Below are positions 18,120 to 27,859 of a DNA stretch of 60,987 bases, in pieces. The translations under genes were made by a program, and so were the position numbers. Source of the DNA: an uncultured Bacilli bacterium (GTDB lineage Bacteria; Bacillota_I; Bacilli_A; RF39; UBA660); contig CAKPIH010000002.1 of assembly GCA_934162325.1 (NCBI GenBank), positions 1-60,987 on the forward strand. Direction: 5' to 3'. The first letter of the stretch is position 1. Each line of letters starts with the position of its first letter. The notes under the pieces are model-generated. The model was not told the origin of the DNA. It ran no database searches and saw only the letters and a list, made by a program, of their open reading frames with translations.

Positions 18120-18494
18120 ATGAATTGTTGTTTTTGTGATGATTTTATTCCAAATAAAAAACCCATTTACGAAAATGAACTAGCAGCAGCATATTTTGAT
18201 GAATTTCCAGTAAATAAAGGTCATACATTAATAATTACTAAAAGACATACCGAAACTTTTTTTAGTACAACAAACGAAGAAAAAGAAAAAATGCTCGAGC
18301 TATTAGATAAGTGCAAAAATTATATAGATGAAAAGTATCATCCAACAGGATACAATATAGGATTAAATTGTGGTGAGGATGCAGGACAAAGTGTTATGCA
18401 TGTTCATATGCATTTAATCCCAAGATACAAAGGCGATGTTGAAAACCCAAGAGGTGGAGTAAGAGGAATAATACCAAATAGAAAGGAATATTAA
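18120..18494 (+). CDS. HIT-family nucleotide hydrolase/transferase
   Basis: 124 aa with the histidine triad HVHMHLIP. N-terminal CCFC and NKGHTLII motifs. Confidence 0.85.
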   Translation: MNCCFCDDFIPNKKPIYENELAAAYFDEFPVNKGHTLIITKRHTETFFSTTNEEKEKMLELLDKCKNYIDEKYHPTGYNIGLNCGEDAGQSVMHVHMHLIPRYKGDVENPRGGVRGIIPNRKEY

Positions 18495-18498
18495 AAAA

Positions 18499-19026
18499 AT
18501 GAATATAAGAAATGCAGTTAGAGTATTTGCTTTTAAAGAAGATAAAGTTGCATGTATAAAATACAAAAATACTACTAAAGATTATTATGATATACCAGGT
18601 GGAAAAATAGAAACTGGAGAGACAGAAGTACAAACCTGTATAAGAGAATTCAAAGAAGAAACAGGAATGAATGTAGATAATTTAGACTATATAGGAGTAA
18701 TAAAAACAATTTACCCAGATAAAAATAAGGTTTTTAATTTAAAGGTGTATATTGGAAACAATGTAATTGGTAGTCCTAAAGAACTAGAGGAGAATTATTC
18801 TTATTGGATGCCTATTTCTGAACTAATAGAAAAAGACAAAAGATTTGCTATAACTCATTTATTAGATAAAGATTTAATAAAGTACTTTGATACAAAAGGA
18901 TTTGATATTACATTTATATGTGATGAAAATCATAATATAATAAATGTAAGTGTAAATGAGCCAGGAGAAAAAGAATTAAAAAATAAATACAGTTTAACAA
19001 GAAAAAATAATCAAAATATGTTTTAA
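18499..19026 (+). CDS. NUDIX hydrolase
   Basis: Nudix box GGKIETGETEVQTCIREFKEETG. The last 7 codons are encoded by repeat copy 2. Confidence 0.75.
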   Translation: MNIRNAVRVFAFKEDKVACIKYKNTTKDYYDIPGGKIETGETEVQTCIREFKEETGMNVDNLDYIGVIKTIYPDKNKVFNLKVYIGNNVIGSPKELEENYSYWMPISELIEKDKRFAITHLLDKDLIKYFDTKGFDITFICDENHNIINVSVNEPGEKELKNKYSLTRKNNQNMF

Positions 19027-19050
19027 TAACATATTTTTTTTGGTATAATA
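19003..19050 (+). repeat. 48-bp direct repeat, copy 2 (terminator plus -10 box)
   Basis: Identical to 18054-18101 except A/G at one position. Contains the hairpin AAAATATGTT/AACATATTTT plus T-tract, then TATAAT. Confidence 0.85.
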
Positions 19051-19075
19051 ATAATGGAAAGTTAGAAGTGAAAAA

Positions 19076-20089
19076 ATGAGAAATATATATGATTTAACAA
19101 TAAAAGAATTAGAAGACTATTTCATATCAATAAATGAAAAGAAGTTTAGAGCAGTTCAAGTATATGAAGCCCTATATAAAAGAAGAATAAAATCATTTGA
19201 TGATATGACCAATATAAGTAAAGAAGTAAGAGAAAAACTAAAACAAGATTTCTCTTTCTATAAAATAAAAATGTTAATAAAACAGCAAGGCAAGAATGTC
19301 AATAAATATCTATTTGAATTAGAAGATGGAAACAAGATAGAATCCGTATTAATGTTTCACGATTACGGAACAAGTATCTGTGTATCATCTCAAGTAGGTT
19401 GTAATATGACTTGTGCTTTTTGTGAAAGTGGAAGACTAAAAAAAGTAAGAAACTTATTAGCCTATGAAATAGTACAGCAAATCCTTCAAATAGAAGAAGA
19501 TATAAATAAGAGAATAACTCATGTAGTATTAATGGGAATAGGAGAACCTTTTGATAACTATGATAACGTTTTAAGATTTGTAAAAATAATAAATTGTGGT
19601 AAAGGAATCGATATCGGTTCAAGACATATAACCATATCAACATGTGGAGTAATCCCTGGTATAAAGAAGTTTATGAATGAAGAAGGACAAGTAAACCTAG
19701 CCATAAGCTTACATGCTCCTAATAACACCCTTAGAAATAGAATAATGCCTATCAATAAAGCATATCCTTTAAATGAATTAATGGAAACAATAAAAGAATA
19801 TATAAATAAGACAAATCGAAGAGTAACCTTTGAATATATAATGCTTGATAATATAAATGATAGTGAAGAAAATGCTAAAGAATTAGCAGCTCTATTAAAA
19901 GGAATAAATTGCTATGTTAACCTAATACCATATAATGAAACAGAAAATATTGAATTTAAACGAACAAAAGAGTGGAAAATTATGAAGTTTTATGATATAC
20001 TAAAGAAAAATAAGATAAATGTAACAATAAGAAAAGAATTCGGAGGTTCAGTTGATGCCGCATGTGGTCAACTAAGAGCCAATAATTAA
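19076..20089 (+). CDS. rlmN: 23S rRNA/tRNA adenine-C2 methyltransferase RlmN (radical SAM)
   Basis: CVSSQVGCNMTCAFC radical-SAM cluster motif, MGIGEP, and C-terminal DAACGQL. Confidence 0.9.
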   Translation: MRNIYDLTIKELEDYFISINEKKFRAVQVYEALYKRRIKSFDDMTNISKEVREKLKQDFSFYKIKMLIKQQGKNVNKYLFELEDGNKIESVLMFHDYGTSICVSSQVGCNMTCAFCESGRLKKVRNLLAYEIVQQILQIEEDINKRITHVVLMGIGEPFDNYDNVLRFVKIINCGKGIDIGSRHITISTCGVIPGIKKFMNEEGQVNLAISLHAPNNTLRNRIMPINKAYPLNELMETIKEYINKTNRRVTFEYIMLDNINDSEENAKELAALLKGINCYVNLIPYNETENIEFKRTKEWKIMKFYDILKKNKINVTIRKEFGGSVDAACGQLRANN

Positions 20090-20103
20090 GAGGAAGTGAA
20101 ATA

Positions 20104-20844
20104 ATGCAAACATTTTATATGACAGATGCCGGAAAAGTAAGAACACATAATGAAGATAGTGTAATAATAGTTAGCAATAAAAATAATGAATTCATTCTAG
20201 CAGTAGCAGATGGAATGGGTGGACATAAAGCTGGAGAAATAGCTTCAAATATAGCTATAGAACATATAGTTCAAAGTTTTGAAAGTATGGAAACAATAGG
20301 AAAGAAAGAAGAAGGAATAGATTGGTTAAGAAAAATAGTAAAAGAAATAAATGAAAAAATATTTGAATATACCTCTATTCATCCAGAAAGTAAAGGAATG
20401 GGAACAACCCTAGTAATAGCCATAAAAACAGATGACTATATCCTTTATGGAAATATAGGAGATTCATCAGGATATGTAGTAAAAAATGAAAAACTACATA
20501 AAGTAACCAAAGATCATACCCTAGTAAATTTATTAGTCTCAACAGGAGAACTAACTCCTGAACAAGCCAAGTTTCATCCAAGAAAGAACTTGCTTACAAG
20601 AGCACTAGGAGCTAATGATCCAATCGAAATAGATATCTTCGATATCGATAATACCATAAACGGTTTATTCCTATGTAGTGATGGATTAACCAATATGGTA
20701 ACAGATGAACAAATAGAAAAAGTATTAAATAGTAAATCTTCAATCGAAGAACAAGTAGAAAAATTAATAAAAAAGAGTAATATAAGAGGCGGAACAGATA
20801 ACATATCAATAGCTTATCTGAAGAAGGAAAGTGGTGATAAGTAA
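20104..20844 (+). CDS. prpC: PP2C-family Ser/Thr phosphatase
   Basis: NEDS, ADGMGGH, GTT and SDGL motifs. Directly upstream of prkC with a 1-nt overlap. Confidence 0.85.
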   Translation: MQTFYMTDAGKVRTHNEDSVIIVSNKNNEFILAVADGMGGHKAGEIASNIAIEHIVQSFESMETIGKKEEGIDWLRKIVKEINEKIFEYTSIHPESKGMGTTLVIAIKTDDYILYGNIGDSSGYVVKNEKLHKVTKDHTLVNLLVSTGELTPEQAKFHPRKNLLTRALGANDPIEIDIFDIDNTINGLFLCSDGLTNMVTDEQIEKVLNSKSSIEEQVEKLIKKSNIRGGTDNISIAYLKKESGDK

Positions 20845-22619
20845 TGTTAACTAAAGGTCAAAAAATAAATGATCGTTATGAAATAATAAAAACCATCGGT
20901 GAAGGAGGAATGGCAAATGTCTATCTAGCAGAAGATACCATTCTCGAAAGAAAAGTAGCTATAAAAGTTTTAAGAGGTGATCTTTCAAACGATGAAAAAT
21001 TTATTCGTCGTTTCAAAAGAGAAGCCTTATCAGTATCAAACCTATCACATCCAAATATCGTTGAAGTATATGATGTTGGAGAAGAAGATGGAAACTATTA
21101 TATTGTAATGGAATATATCGAAGGAAAGACATTAAAACAATTACTTCAAAAAAGAGGAGCCTTAACCCTAACAGAAGTAATAGATATAATGAGTCAGTTA
21201 ACAGATGGTTTAGCTCACGCTCATGAAGCCTATATAATTCATCGAGATATAAAACCCCAAAATATAATGATTGAAGATAATGGCCGTATCAAAATAACTG
21301 ACTTCGGAATAGCAATGGCTTTAAATTCAACTCAATTAACTCAAACAAACTCAGTAATGGGTTCAGTCCACTATTTACCACCAGAGCAGGCCAACGGTAA
21401 GGGATCAACAGTAAAAAGTGATATATATTCATTAGGAATATTAATGTATGAATTGTTAACCGGTTCCGTACCATTCAAAGGAGATACTGCTGTTGAAATA
21501 GCCTTAAAACACATGAAAGAAAAAATTCCTAGTGTTAGAAAGCAAAACCCAACAATACCACAATCAGTAGAAAATATAATTCTAAAAGCAACAGCTAAAA
21601 ATCCAAAAAATAGATATGACTCTGTAAGAGAAATGTATAACGATTTACAAACTGCATTAGAAAGAGATAACGAAAAAAGATTAGTATATGAATATCCAGA
21701 AAATGATCTAGAGGAAACCAAAGTAATAGCTCCCATACCAAAAGAGCCAAAGAAGCCAGTCGTAGATAAACCTCTTGATAAAGAAGAAACTACTGAAACA
21801 GATGATTCAATACTAAAAGAAAAAGACGAAAAAAATAAACTACCAATTATATTGGCAGGTATATTATTAGCCTTTCTAATAGTATTAGCAGTAGTATATC
21901 TACTAATAAGTAATCATGATGTTAAAGAAGTAAAAGTACCAGATGTAACAGGTCTTACTTTAGAAGAAGCCATAAAGAAAGTAGAAAAACAAGGTTTAAA
22001 ATATACTACAAAAGATGAAGAAAATGCTGATATTGAAGAAGGAAAGGTAATAAGAACAGAACCAAAAGCTGGTTCAACAAAAACCAAAGGAAGTACTATT
22101 ACAATAGTAGAATCTTCTGGTAAAGAATACTTATTACTAGAAGACTATACTGGTAAAAATTATTATGAAATAAAAGCAAAACTAGAATTAAAAGGTATCA
22201 AAGTAGAAATGAAAACCAAAGAAGTAGAAAATACATCTGATTATAAAGACAAAGAAGAGCAGATAATAGATCAAGAACCAAAATTTGATAAAGAAAAAGA
22301 AACAAAATTATATGCTAATGATTCAGTAATACTATACATACCAGAAGTAGATGTATATCCAGATATGGTTAAAGAAAAATGGACTTTATCAAAGGTACAA
22401 GATTTTGCTAAAGAAAATAATTTAACGTTAGATATAACATATAAAGAAACAACAGATGTAGAAGAAAATATCGTATTATCACAAGGCAGAGATCCTGGAG
22501 ATCCAATTTATAATGGTTATACTTTAAAAATAACTATATCAAAGAAACCAGAAGATAAAACAGAATCAACAGATTCATTAATGCCAAAAGATGATAAAAA
22601 AGATAAAAAAACAGAATAG
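20844..22619 (+). CDS. prkC: Hanks-type Ser/Thr kinase with PASTA repeats
   Basis: GEGGMANVY, AIKVL, HRDIKPQN, DFGIA and SDIYSLG motifs. TM helix plus PASTA-like repeats (VPDVTGLTLEEA). Confidence 0.9.
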   Translation: MLTKGQKINDRYEIIKTIGEGGMANVYLAEDTILERKVAIKVLRGDLSNDEKFIRRFKREALSVSNLSHPNIVEVYDVGEEDGNYYIVMEYIEGKTLKQLLQKRGALTLTEVIDIMSQLTDGLAHAHEAYIIHRDIKPQNIMIEDNGRIKITDFGIAMALNSTQLTQTNSVMGSVHYLPPEQANGKGSTVKSDIYSLGILMYELLTGSVPFKGDTAVEIALKHMKEKIPSVRKQNPTIPQSVENIILKATAKNPKNRYDSVREMYNDLQTALERDNEKRLVYEYPENDLEETKVIAPIPKEPKKPVVDKPLDKEETTETDDSILKEKDEKNKLPIILAGILLAFLIVLAVVYLLISNHDVKEVKVPDVTGLTLEEAIKKVEKQGLKYTTKDEENADIEEGKVIRTEPKAGSTKTKGSTITIVESSGKEYLLLEDYTGKNYYEIKAKLELKGIKVEMKTKEVENTSDYKDKEEQIIDQEPKFDKEKETKLYANDSVILYIPEVDVYPDMVKEKWTLSKVQDFAKENNLTLDITYKETTDVEENIVLSQGRDPGDPIYNGYTLKITISKKPEDKTESTDSLMPKDDKKDKKTE

Positions 22620-22628
22620 GAATAAAAT

Positions 22629-23465
22629 ATGGAAGGTATAATAATCAAAAACGAAAGTAATAATTATACAGTAAGAACAAATAAGGGGATAAATATCTGT
22701 AAGCCAAGAGGAAAGTTTAGACTAGATAAAATAACTCCTCTAGTAGGAGATAAAGTAATAATAGATGATATAAATAATTACTTACTAGAAATAAAACCTA
22801 GAAAAAACTCCCTAATAAGACCTCAAATAGCTAATGTTGATATAGCGTTAATTGTAACATCAGTAAAAGAACCTAACTTTGATAGTAACTTGTTAGATAA
22901 ACTACTAACAATAATATCTTATAATAATATAGAACCCATAATATGCTTAACAAAGACAGACTTACTAAATGAAGAGGAAGAAAAAAATATTAAAGAGATA
23001 TTTAACTACTATCAAAGCATCGGTTACATAGTAGTAACAAATAATGATATCAAAGAAATAAAAAAACTAATTGCAGGTAAAATAGTAGTCTTTGCTGGTC
23101 AATCAGGAGCAGGCAAATCATCTCTATTAAATAAACTAGATAAAAATCTAAATCTAGAAACAAATGAAATATCCAAGGCTCTAGGTCGTGGAAAACATAC
23201 AACAAGATGTACAACTTTATATGACATTGATTCATCTTTAGTCGCTGACACCCCTGGTTTCTCATCAGTAGATTTCCGTGGAATGACTAAAATAGATATC
23301 CGTGATAATATGAAAGATATGTTTGATAACTTACATAATTGTAAGTATAAAGATTGTATGCATATCAAAGAAGATGACTGTGAAGTAAAGAGACTAGTAG
23401 AACAAAATAAAATATTATTATCTAGATATAACAATTATAAATCATTTATAGGAGGTCAAAAATGA
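22629..23465 (+). CDS. rsgA: ribosome small-subunit GTPase RsgA/CpgA
   Basis: Circularly permuted GTPase (LTKTDL, GQSGAGKSSL, DTPGF) with a C-terminal Cys/His zinc cluster (CKYKDCMH..C). Confidence 0.9.
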   Translation: MEGIIIKNESNNYTVRTNKGINICKPRGKFRLDKITPLVGDKVIIDDINNYLLEIKPRKNSLIRPQIANVDIALIVTSVKEPNFDSNLLDKLLTIISYNNIEPIICLTKTDLLNEEEEKNIKEIFNYYQSIGYIVVTNNDIKEIKKLIAGKIVVFAGQSGAGKSSLLNKLDKNLNLETNEISKALGRGKHTTRCTTLYDIDSSLVADTPGFSSVDFRGMTKIDIRDNMKDMFDNLHNCKYKDCMHIKEDDCEVKRLVEQNKILLSRYNNYKSFIGGQK

Positions 23466-24085
23466 AAATATCAGTATCAATACTAAATGCCAAAGATAAA
23501 AAAGAAACAATAAAAATATTAAATAACACTGATATATCATATTTTCATATCGATGTAATGGATGGTAATTTTGTTAAACAAATATCTTTACCAGCAAAAG
23601 AAACATTAGAAATATCTAAAGTATCAGAAAAAAAACTAGATATCCACCTAATGCATAGTAGACCTCTATCATATATTGAACAAATAAAAGACTTAAAAAA
23701 TATTGAATATATAACAATTCATCTAGAAATAGAAGAGAATATTCAAAATATATTAAACAAAATAAAAGAATATGGTTTTAAAAGAGGAATATCTATTAAA
23801 CCAAATACTGACATAAATAAATTAATACCATATCTAAATGATATCGATTTAATATTAATAATGACTGTCGAACCAGGTTTAGGTGGCCAACCATTCCTAC
23901 AAAACAGCCCAAATAGAATAAAAGAAATAAAGAACTTAACAAAAGATAAAAATATTTTACTAGAAGTAGATGGTGGTATCAATGATAAAACAATAAAACT
24001 ATTAAAAGATGTCGATATAGCAGTAGTAGGTTCATACATAACTACTAGTGAGAACATGATAGAAAAAGTAAAAACATTAGTATAA
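23462..24085 (+). CDS. rpe: ribulose-phosphate 3-epimerase
   Basis: HIDVMDG, HLM, MTVEPGLGGQ and VDGGI motifs. Conserved position after rsgA. Confidence 0.85.
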   Translation: MKISVSILNAKDKKETIKILNNTDISYFHIDVMDGNFVKQISLPAKETLEISKVSEKKLDIHLMHSRPLSYIEQIKDLKNIEYITIHLEIEENIQNILNKIKEYGFKRGISIKPNTDINKLIPYLNDIDLILIMTVEPGLGGQPFLQNSPNRIKEIKNLTKDKNILLEVDGGINDKTIKLLKDVDIAVVGSYITTSENMIEKVKTLV

Positions 24086-24130
24086 ATATAACTTCTCTCT
24101 TTATAATAAATAAAGAAAGGAGCTTTTAAT

Positions 24131-24253
24131 ATGAATAATGAAAATAAAAAGGAACCAAGTAAAGAAATAATTGAGGAAGAATATCGACTAGGTAAAGAAT
24201 ACTATAACAAGTTACTAGAGAAATCTCCTAAAGAAACAGAGAAATACAATTAA
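24131..24253 (+). CDS. 40-aa charged hypothetical peptide
   Basis: Below the ORF-track cut-off. SD AAAGGAG lies 8 nt upstream. Followed by the hairpin TACAAT..ATTGTA plus T7. Confidence 0.3.
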   Translation: MNNENKKEPSKEIIEEEYRLGKEYYNKLLEKSPKETEKYN

Positions 24254-24376
24254 ACAAGATTGTATTTTTTTGTAGATAATTGTCAAGTAAATTGTAAAGA
24301 ATAGTATAGCTATTGTCAATAAAGATATTATAAGTTATAATAAAATAAAAGAAAGTAAGGAGGTGAACAAAAGCAA

Positions 24377-24964
24377 ATGAAAGAAGATAAAAGTAAAAAT
24401 GTTATAATCATAATGCTAACAATAATTATAATTTTATTATTAATAATTCTTACATTAGTATTAACTGGTAAAGTAAATGTAAATAATAAAAATGACAAAT
24501 TAGACAATAAAAATGATGTAATAGAAAATAATAATACTGAAGTAAACTGGACTGATAAATTATTATCTTATAATATATCAGAAATAAAATTATCTAGAAA
24601 AAGAAATACTCAGTTAGGAGACTCTCAAGATATAGATAAAGAAGTAACTTTATCTAAAGAAGAACTTAAACAAATACTAGATAAAATAAGTACAAATAAA
24701 TTAGTAAAAACATATAGTCTAGGAAGAGGTGGACAAGATAGAGATCACTTAACTGTATCTTATCAAATAAATAATCAAAATTATACTTTTGAAGTATTTG
24801 CAGGTTCAATAGTATTAGATTCTGCTGATGAAGAAATAAAAAATATTTTTAATAATAATAACTATGAGGAAAGAAACACAGAATATAAAAATCAAGAAGG
24901 TGCCTTCTATTACTATTCAATAGAAGAATATAATGAAAATATATTTGATGAGTATTTTAAATAG
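24377..24964 (+). CDS. TM-anchored extracytoplasmic protein, unknown function
   Basis: 195 aa. Promoter TTGTCA-17-TATAAT at 24313-24341, SD AAGGAGGTGA, one N-terminal TM helix. Confidence 0.4.
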   Translation: MKEDKSKNVIIIMLTIIIILLLIILTLVLTGKVNVNNKNDKLDNKNDVIENNNTEVNWTDKLLSYNISEIKLSRKRNTQLGDSQDIDKEVTLSKEELKQILDKISTNKLVKTYSLGRGGQDRDHLTVSYQINNQNYTFEVFAGSIVLDSADEEIKNIFNNNNYEERNTEYKNQEGAFYYYSIEEYNENIFDEYFK

Positions 24965-25043
24965 AATGACTAGTAACTAGTCTTCTTTTTCTTTATCAAC
25001 AACTTCTGTGGACAAACAAAAAAATGGATATAAATCCATTTCA

Positions 25044-25223
25044 TTAAGCATCTTTCTTACTATTCTTCTTCATAGTTCTAGCTTCTCTAACACTAGTCTT
25101 AATTTTGTTACCATCTTTGTCAGTAACAGTAGTAAAGTTAACTTTTTGAGTACCTTTAGTTATTTTTAAACAGTTAGGTCTATTATTTACAGATCTAGTT
25201 TTTTTAGTTGTTACTTTCTTCAT
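25044..25223 (-). CDS. 59-aa highly basic protein
   Basis: Strong SD GAGGAGGG. K/T/N-rich: MKKVTTKKTRSVNNRPNCLKITKG... Occupies the position of rpmB (opposite strand after rpe) in Bacillus but lacks the L28 SH..N.TKR motif. Confidence 0.35.
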   Translation of the reverse strand: MKKVTTKKTRSVNNRPNCLKITKGTQKVNFTTVTDKDGNKIKTSVREARTMKKNSKKDA

Positions 25224-25299
25224 CGTATTCCCTCCTCATCAGTTCGTAATTAACTTTACCATAAAATTGCCTTTTAGTCAACAATTATTTATGATTTTA

Positions 25300-26001
25300 C
25301 TATTTCTTAGTATCATTTTTAATAAATTCTCTTAAAATTTTTGTTATTGCCCTTTTTTCAATTCTTGAAACATAACTTCTAGATATACCCAAATTTTTAG
25401 CAATTTCCTTCTGTGTTATTTCATCATTATTATCAAGACCATACCTTTTAGTAAGAACATCTCTTTCTCTAGGAGTAAGAATATTCATATATTCTTTTAA
25501 TAATTTAATATTATCATTTTTATATATTTCTTCATTAAAATCAGGATCTTCAGTTTTTAAAACATCAAGTATTGTAACCTCATTTCCCTCCTTATCATAA
25601 CTAATACCATCATAAATACTAACATTCTTAGAATTCTTTTTATCTGCTCTAAAATGCATAAGAATTTCATTTTCTGCACATTTAGCAATATAAGTAGTAA
25701 GTCTTACATTCTTGTTAGGAGAAAAACTATCAATACCCTTAATAAGTCCAACAGTTCCTATCCCAATAAGATCATCAACATCATTATAAGTAGATTCAAA
25801 TTTTTTAACAATATGTGCTACTAGTCTAAGATTATGTTCAATAAGTTTACTTCTAGCCTCTTTATCTCCATTTATCATTCTTTCTATATATTTTTCCTCT
25901 TCTTCTTTAGATAAAGGATCAGGAAAAACATTATTAGAGTAAGCACCACTAAAAAAAGTAAGATTACCAAATAAAAGATTAAATAAATTAAATAACATCA
26001 T
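25300..26001 (-). CDS. sigK: sporulation sigma factor SigK (pro-sigma-K)
   Basis: YSNNVFPDPLS processing-site context, LIEHNLRLVAHIVKKF, GLIKGIDSF, ENEILMHFR and GISRSYVSRIEKRA closely mirror B. subtilis SigK. The start is taken at MMLFNL; the 47 codons upstream in the ORF track are not part of it. Confidence 0.8.
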   Translation of the reverse strand: MMLFNLFNLLFGNLTFFSGAYSNNVFPDPLSKEEEEKYIERMINGDKEARSKLIEHNLRLVAHIVKKFESTYNDVDDLIGIGTVGLIKGIDSFSPNKNVRLTTYIAKCAENEILMHFRADKKNSKNVSIYDGISYDKEGNEVTILDVLKTEDPDFNEEIYKNDNIKLLKEYMNILTPRERDVLTKRYGLDNNDEITQKEIAKNLGISRSYVSRIEKRAITKILREFIKNDTKK

Positions 26002-26090
26002 ACCACCTATTAAATAATATAAAATTAAACATTTAATTATACCAAAATATATGATACAATATAAATATATATTGTATAAGAGGTATAACA

Positions 26091-27284
26091 ATGAAGAGAA
26101 AAATAAAAACTGAACAGAATATAATAATAATAATGGATGCAATCAAAAAAATAATGACCATATTTCTTGGCCCATTCTTAACAGCTTACTTTATAAGCAC
26201 ATCTACTAATAGTATATTAAATATATCAATATACTATATATTTACATATGCAACAATGGCATTAAGTACTTTAGTAGTAGCAGCCCTAGCCGAAAAAAGA
26301 AATAGAATTAAAATATTTAGAATAGGAATAATATTAAACTTTATTTATATTTTAATAATAATATTATTAAAAGAAAAAATAATAAATTATTTACCAATCA
26401 TATCAATACTATACGGTATATCAGCAAGTTGTTATTATTTTCCATATAATTTATTCATTATAAATAAAGTAAAAAATACCGAAAGAACAAACTACATGGT
26501 AAAATTATTTATAACTATATCAGTAGTAGGTATTCTATTTCCAATAATTTTTGGTAGTATAATAACTATAACCAATTATATATTAACCGCAGTTATAGTA
26601 TTATTTATATCACTTATCCAAATAATATTATCTTTTTCCATAACTGATAATCATAATGGAGATTTAGAAGAGTACAATTTAAAAAAAGCTTGGCTAGAAC
26701 TCAAAAAGAATAAACAAGTAATAAATTGCTTAGTAGGAGAATTCTTTATTGGTATGAACATTTGTAATGGGGCTTTAGAAACAGTAATGGTAATTTTAAT
26801 ATTAAATTCCTTTAAAACAAATATCAATCTAGGAATAATAACTTCTATAGCAACATTATTATCAATATTAGTAGTAAAAATATATGGTTTAATTTATAAT
26901 AAAAGAGATGATAAAAAAGTAATAATAATATCAAGTATAATACCAGTAATATCTTTAATAATATTTTTAATATTAAAAACAAATACTACAGTAATAATAT
27001 ATAAATTTAGTTATGTAATATTTGCAGAAATACTATCTCTAGTTAGAAAAATTAAAATATTTAATTTATCTAATAGCAAAATAGTAAATAAAAGTAATCA
27101 ATGTGAATTTAATGCCATAAGAGAAGTAACATTAAATGTTGGAAGAGTTACAGGTTATACTCTCCTCCTACTAGCGGGTTTAACTCAAAGTGCGGTAGTA
27201 TTAAATATAGTTACTATAATTTTAACCTTATCTCTTTTAGTCATGAGCATAAATTTAACTAAAGTAAAGAAAAATAACCATTAA
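26091..27284 (+). CDS. polytopic membrane transporter-like protein (MFS-like)
   Basis: 397 aa with about 10-12 hydrophobic helices and no soluble domain. Confidence 0.45.
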   Translation: MKRKIKTEQNIIIIMDAIKKIMTIFLGPFLTAYFISTSTNSILNISIYYIFTYATMALSTLVVAALAEKRNRIKIFRIGIILNFIYILIIILLKEKIINYLPIISILYGISASCYYFPYNLFIINKVKNTERTNYMVKLFITISVVGILFPIIFGSIITITNYILTAVIVLFISLIQIILSFSITDNHNGDLEEYNLKKAWLELKKNKQVINCLVGEFFIGMNICNGALETVMVILILNSFKTNINLGIITSIATLLSILVVKIYGLIYNKRDDKKVIIISSIIPVISLIIFLILKTNTTVIIYKFSYVIFAEILSLVRKIKIFNLSNSKIVNKSNQCEFNAIREVTLNVGRVTGYTLLLLAGLTQSAVVLNIVTIILTLSLLVMSINLTKVKKNNH

Positions 27285-27337
27285 CTTTCAATAATAAAAA
27301 AAATATAGTATAATATTTATAGCGAGGTGAATTATAT

Positions 27338-27859
27338 ATGAATTATTTTTATCCAGATGTTTATCAAAAAAGTATCTATACCATCAATTACGATAAATTA
27401 AAAGAAAATGGTATAAAATGTTTACTCTTTGATTTAGATAATACTTGTGTACCATATGTAGATAAAAAACCAACTAAAAAATTAAAAAATCATTTTGATA
27501 AACTAAAAGATTCAGGTTTTACAGTAATAATATTTTCTAATTCACCAAGAAATAGACTAGAACCATTTAAAAAATATTTAAATGTTGATTGTTGCCCATC
27601 TGCTAGAAAGCCAAGAAAAGCAAAATTCATAAAAGTATTAAAAGAATACAAATTAGACTTATCTGAAGTAGCGATTATTGGAGATCAATTAGTAACAGAT
27701 ATCTATGGTGGTAATAGAGTAGGTATAACAACAGTATTAGTAAATCCAATGTCTGATATTGATATGCCATTTACTAAAATACATCGTTATATAGAAAAAA
27801 AAGAAATAAATAAAATGAATAAAAAAGGAATATTTAAAGTAGGAGAATATTATGATTAA
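27338..27859 (+). CDS. yqeG: YqeG-family HAD phosphatase
   Basis: LLFDLDNT HAD motif I, FSNS, GDQLVTD. Conserved pairing with yqeH. Confidence 0.75.
   Translation: MNYFYPDVYQKSIYTINYDKLKENGIKCLLFDLDNTCVPYVDKKPTKKLKNHFDKLKDSGFTVIIFSNSPRNRLEPFKKYLNVDCCPSARKPRKAKFIKVLKEYKLDLSEVAIIGDQLVTDIYGGNRVGITTVLVNPMSDIDMPFTKIHRYIEKKEINKMNKKGIFKVGEYYD

Noticed and set aside
26002-26142. 47-codon N-terminal extension of the sigK ORF
   Set aside because: The extension is hydrophobic low-complexity sequence overlapping the divergent promoter and the start of the + strand transporter gene. Alignment with SigK places the pro-sequence start at MMLFNL.
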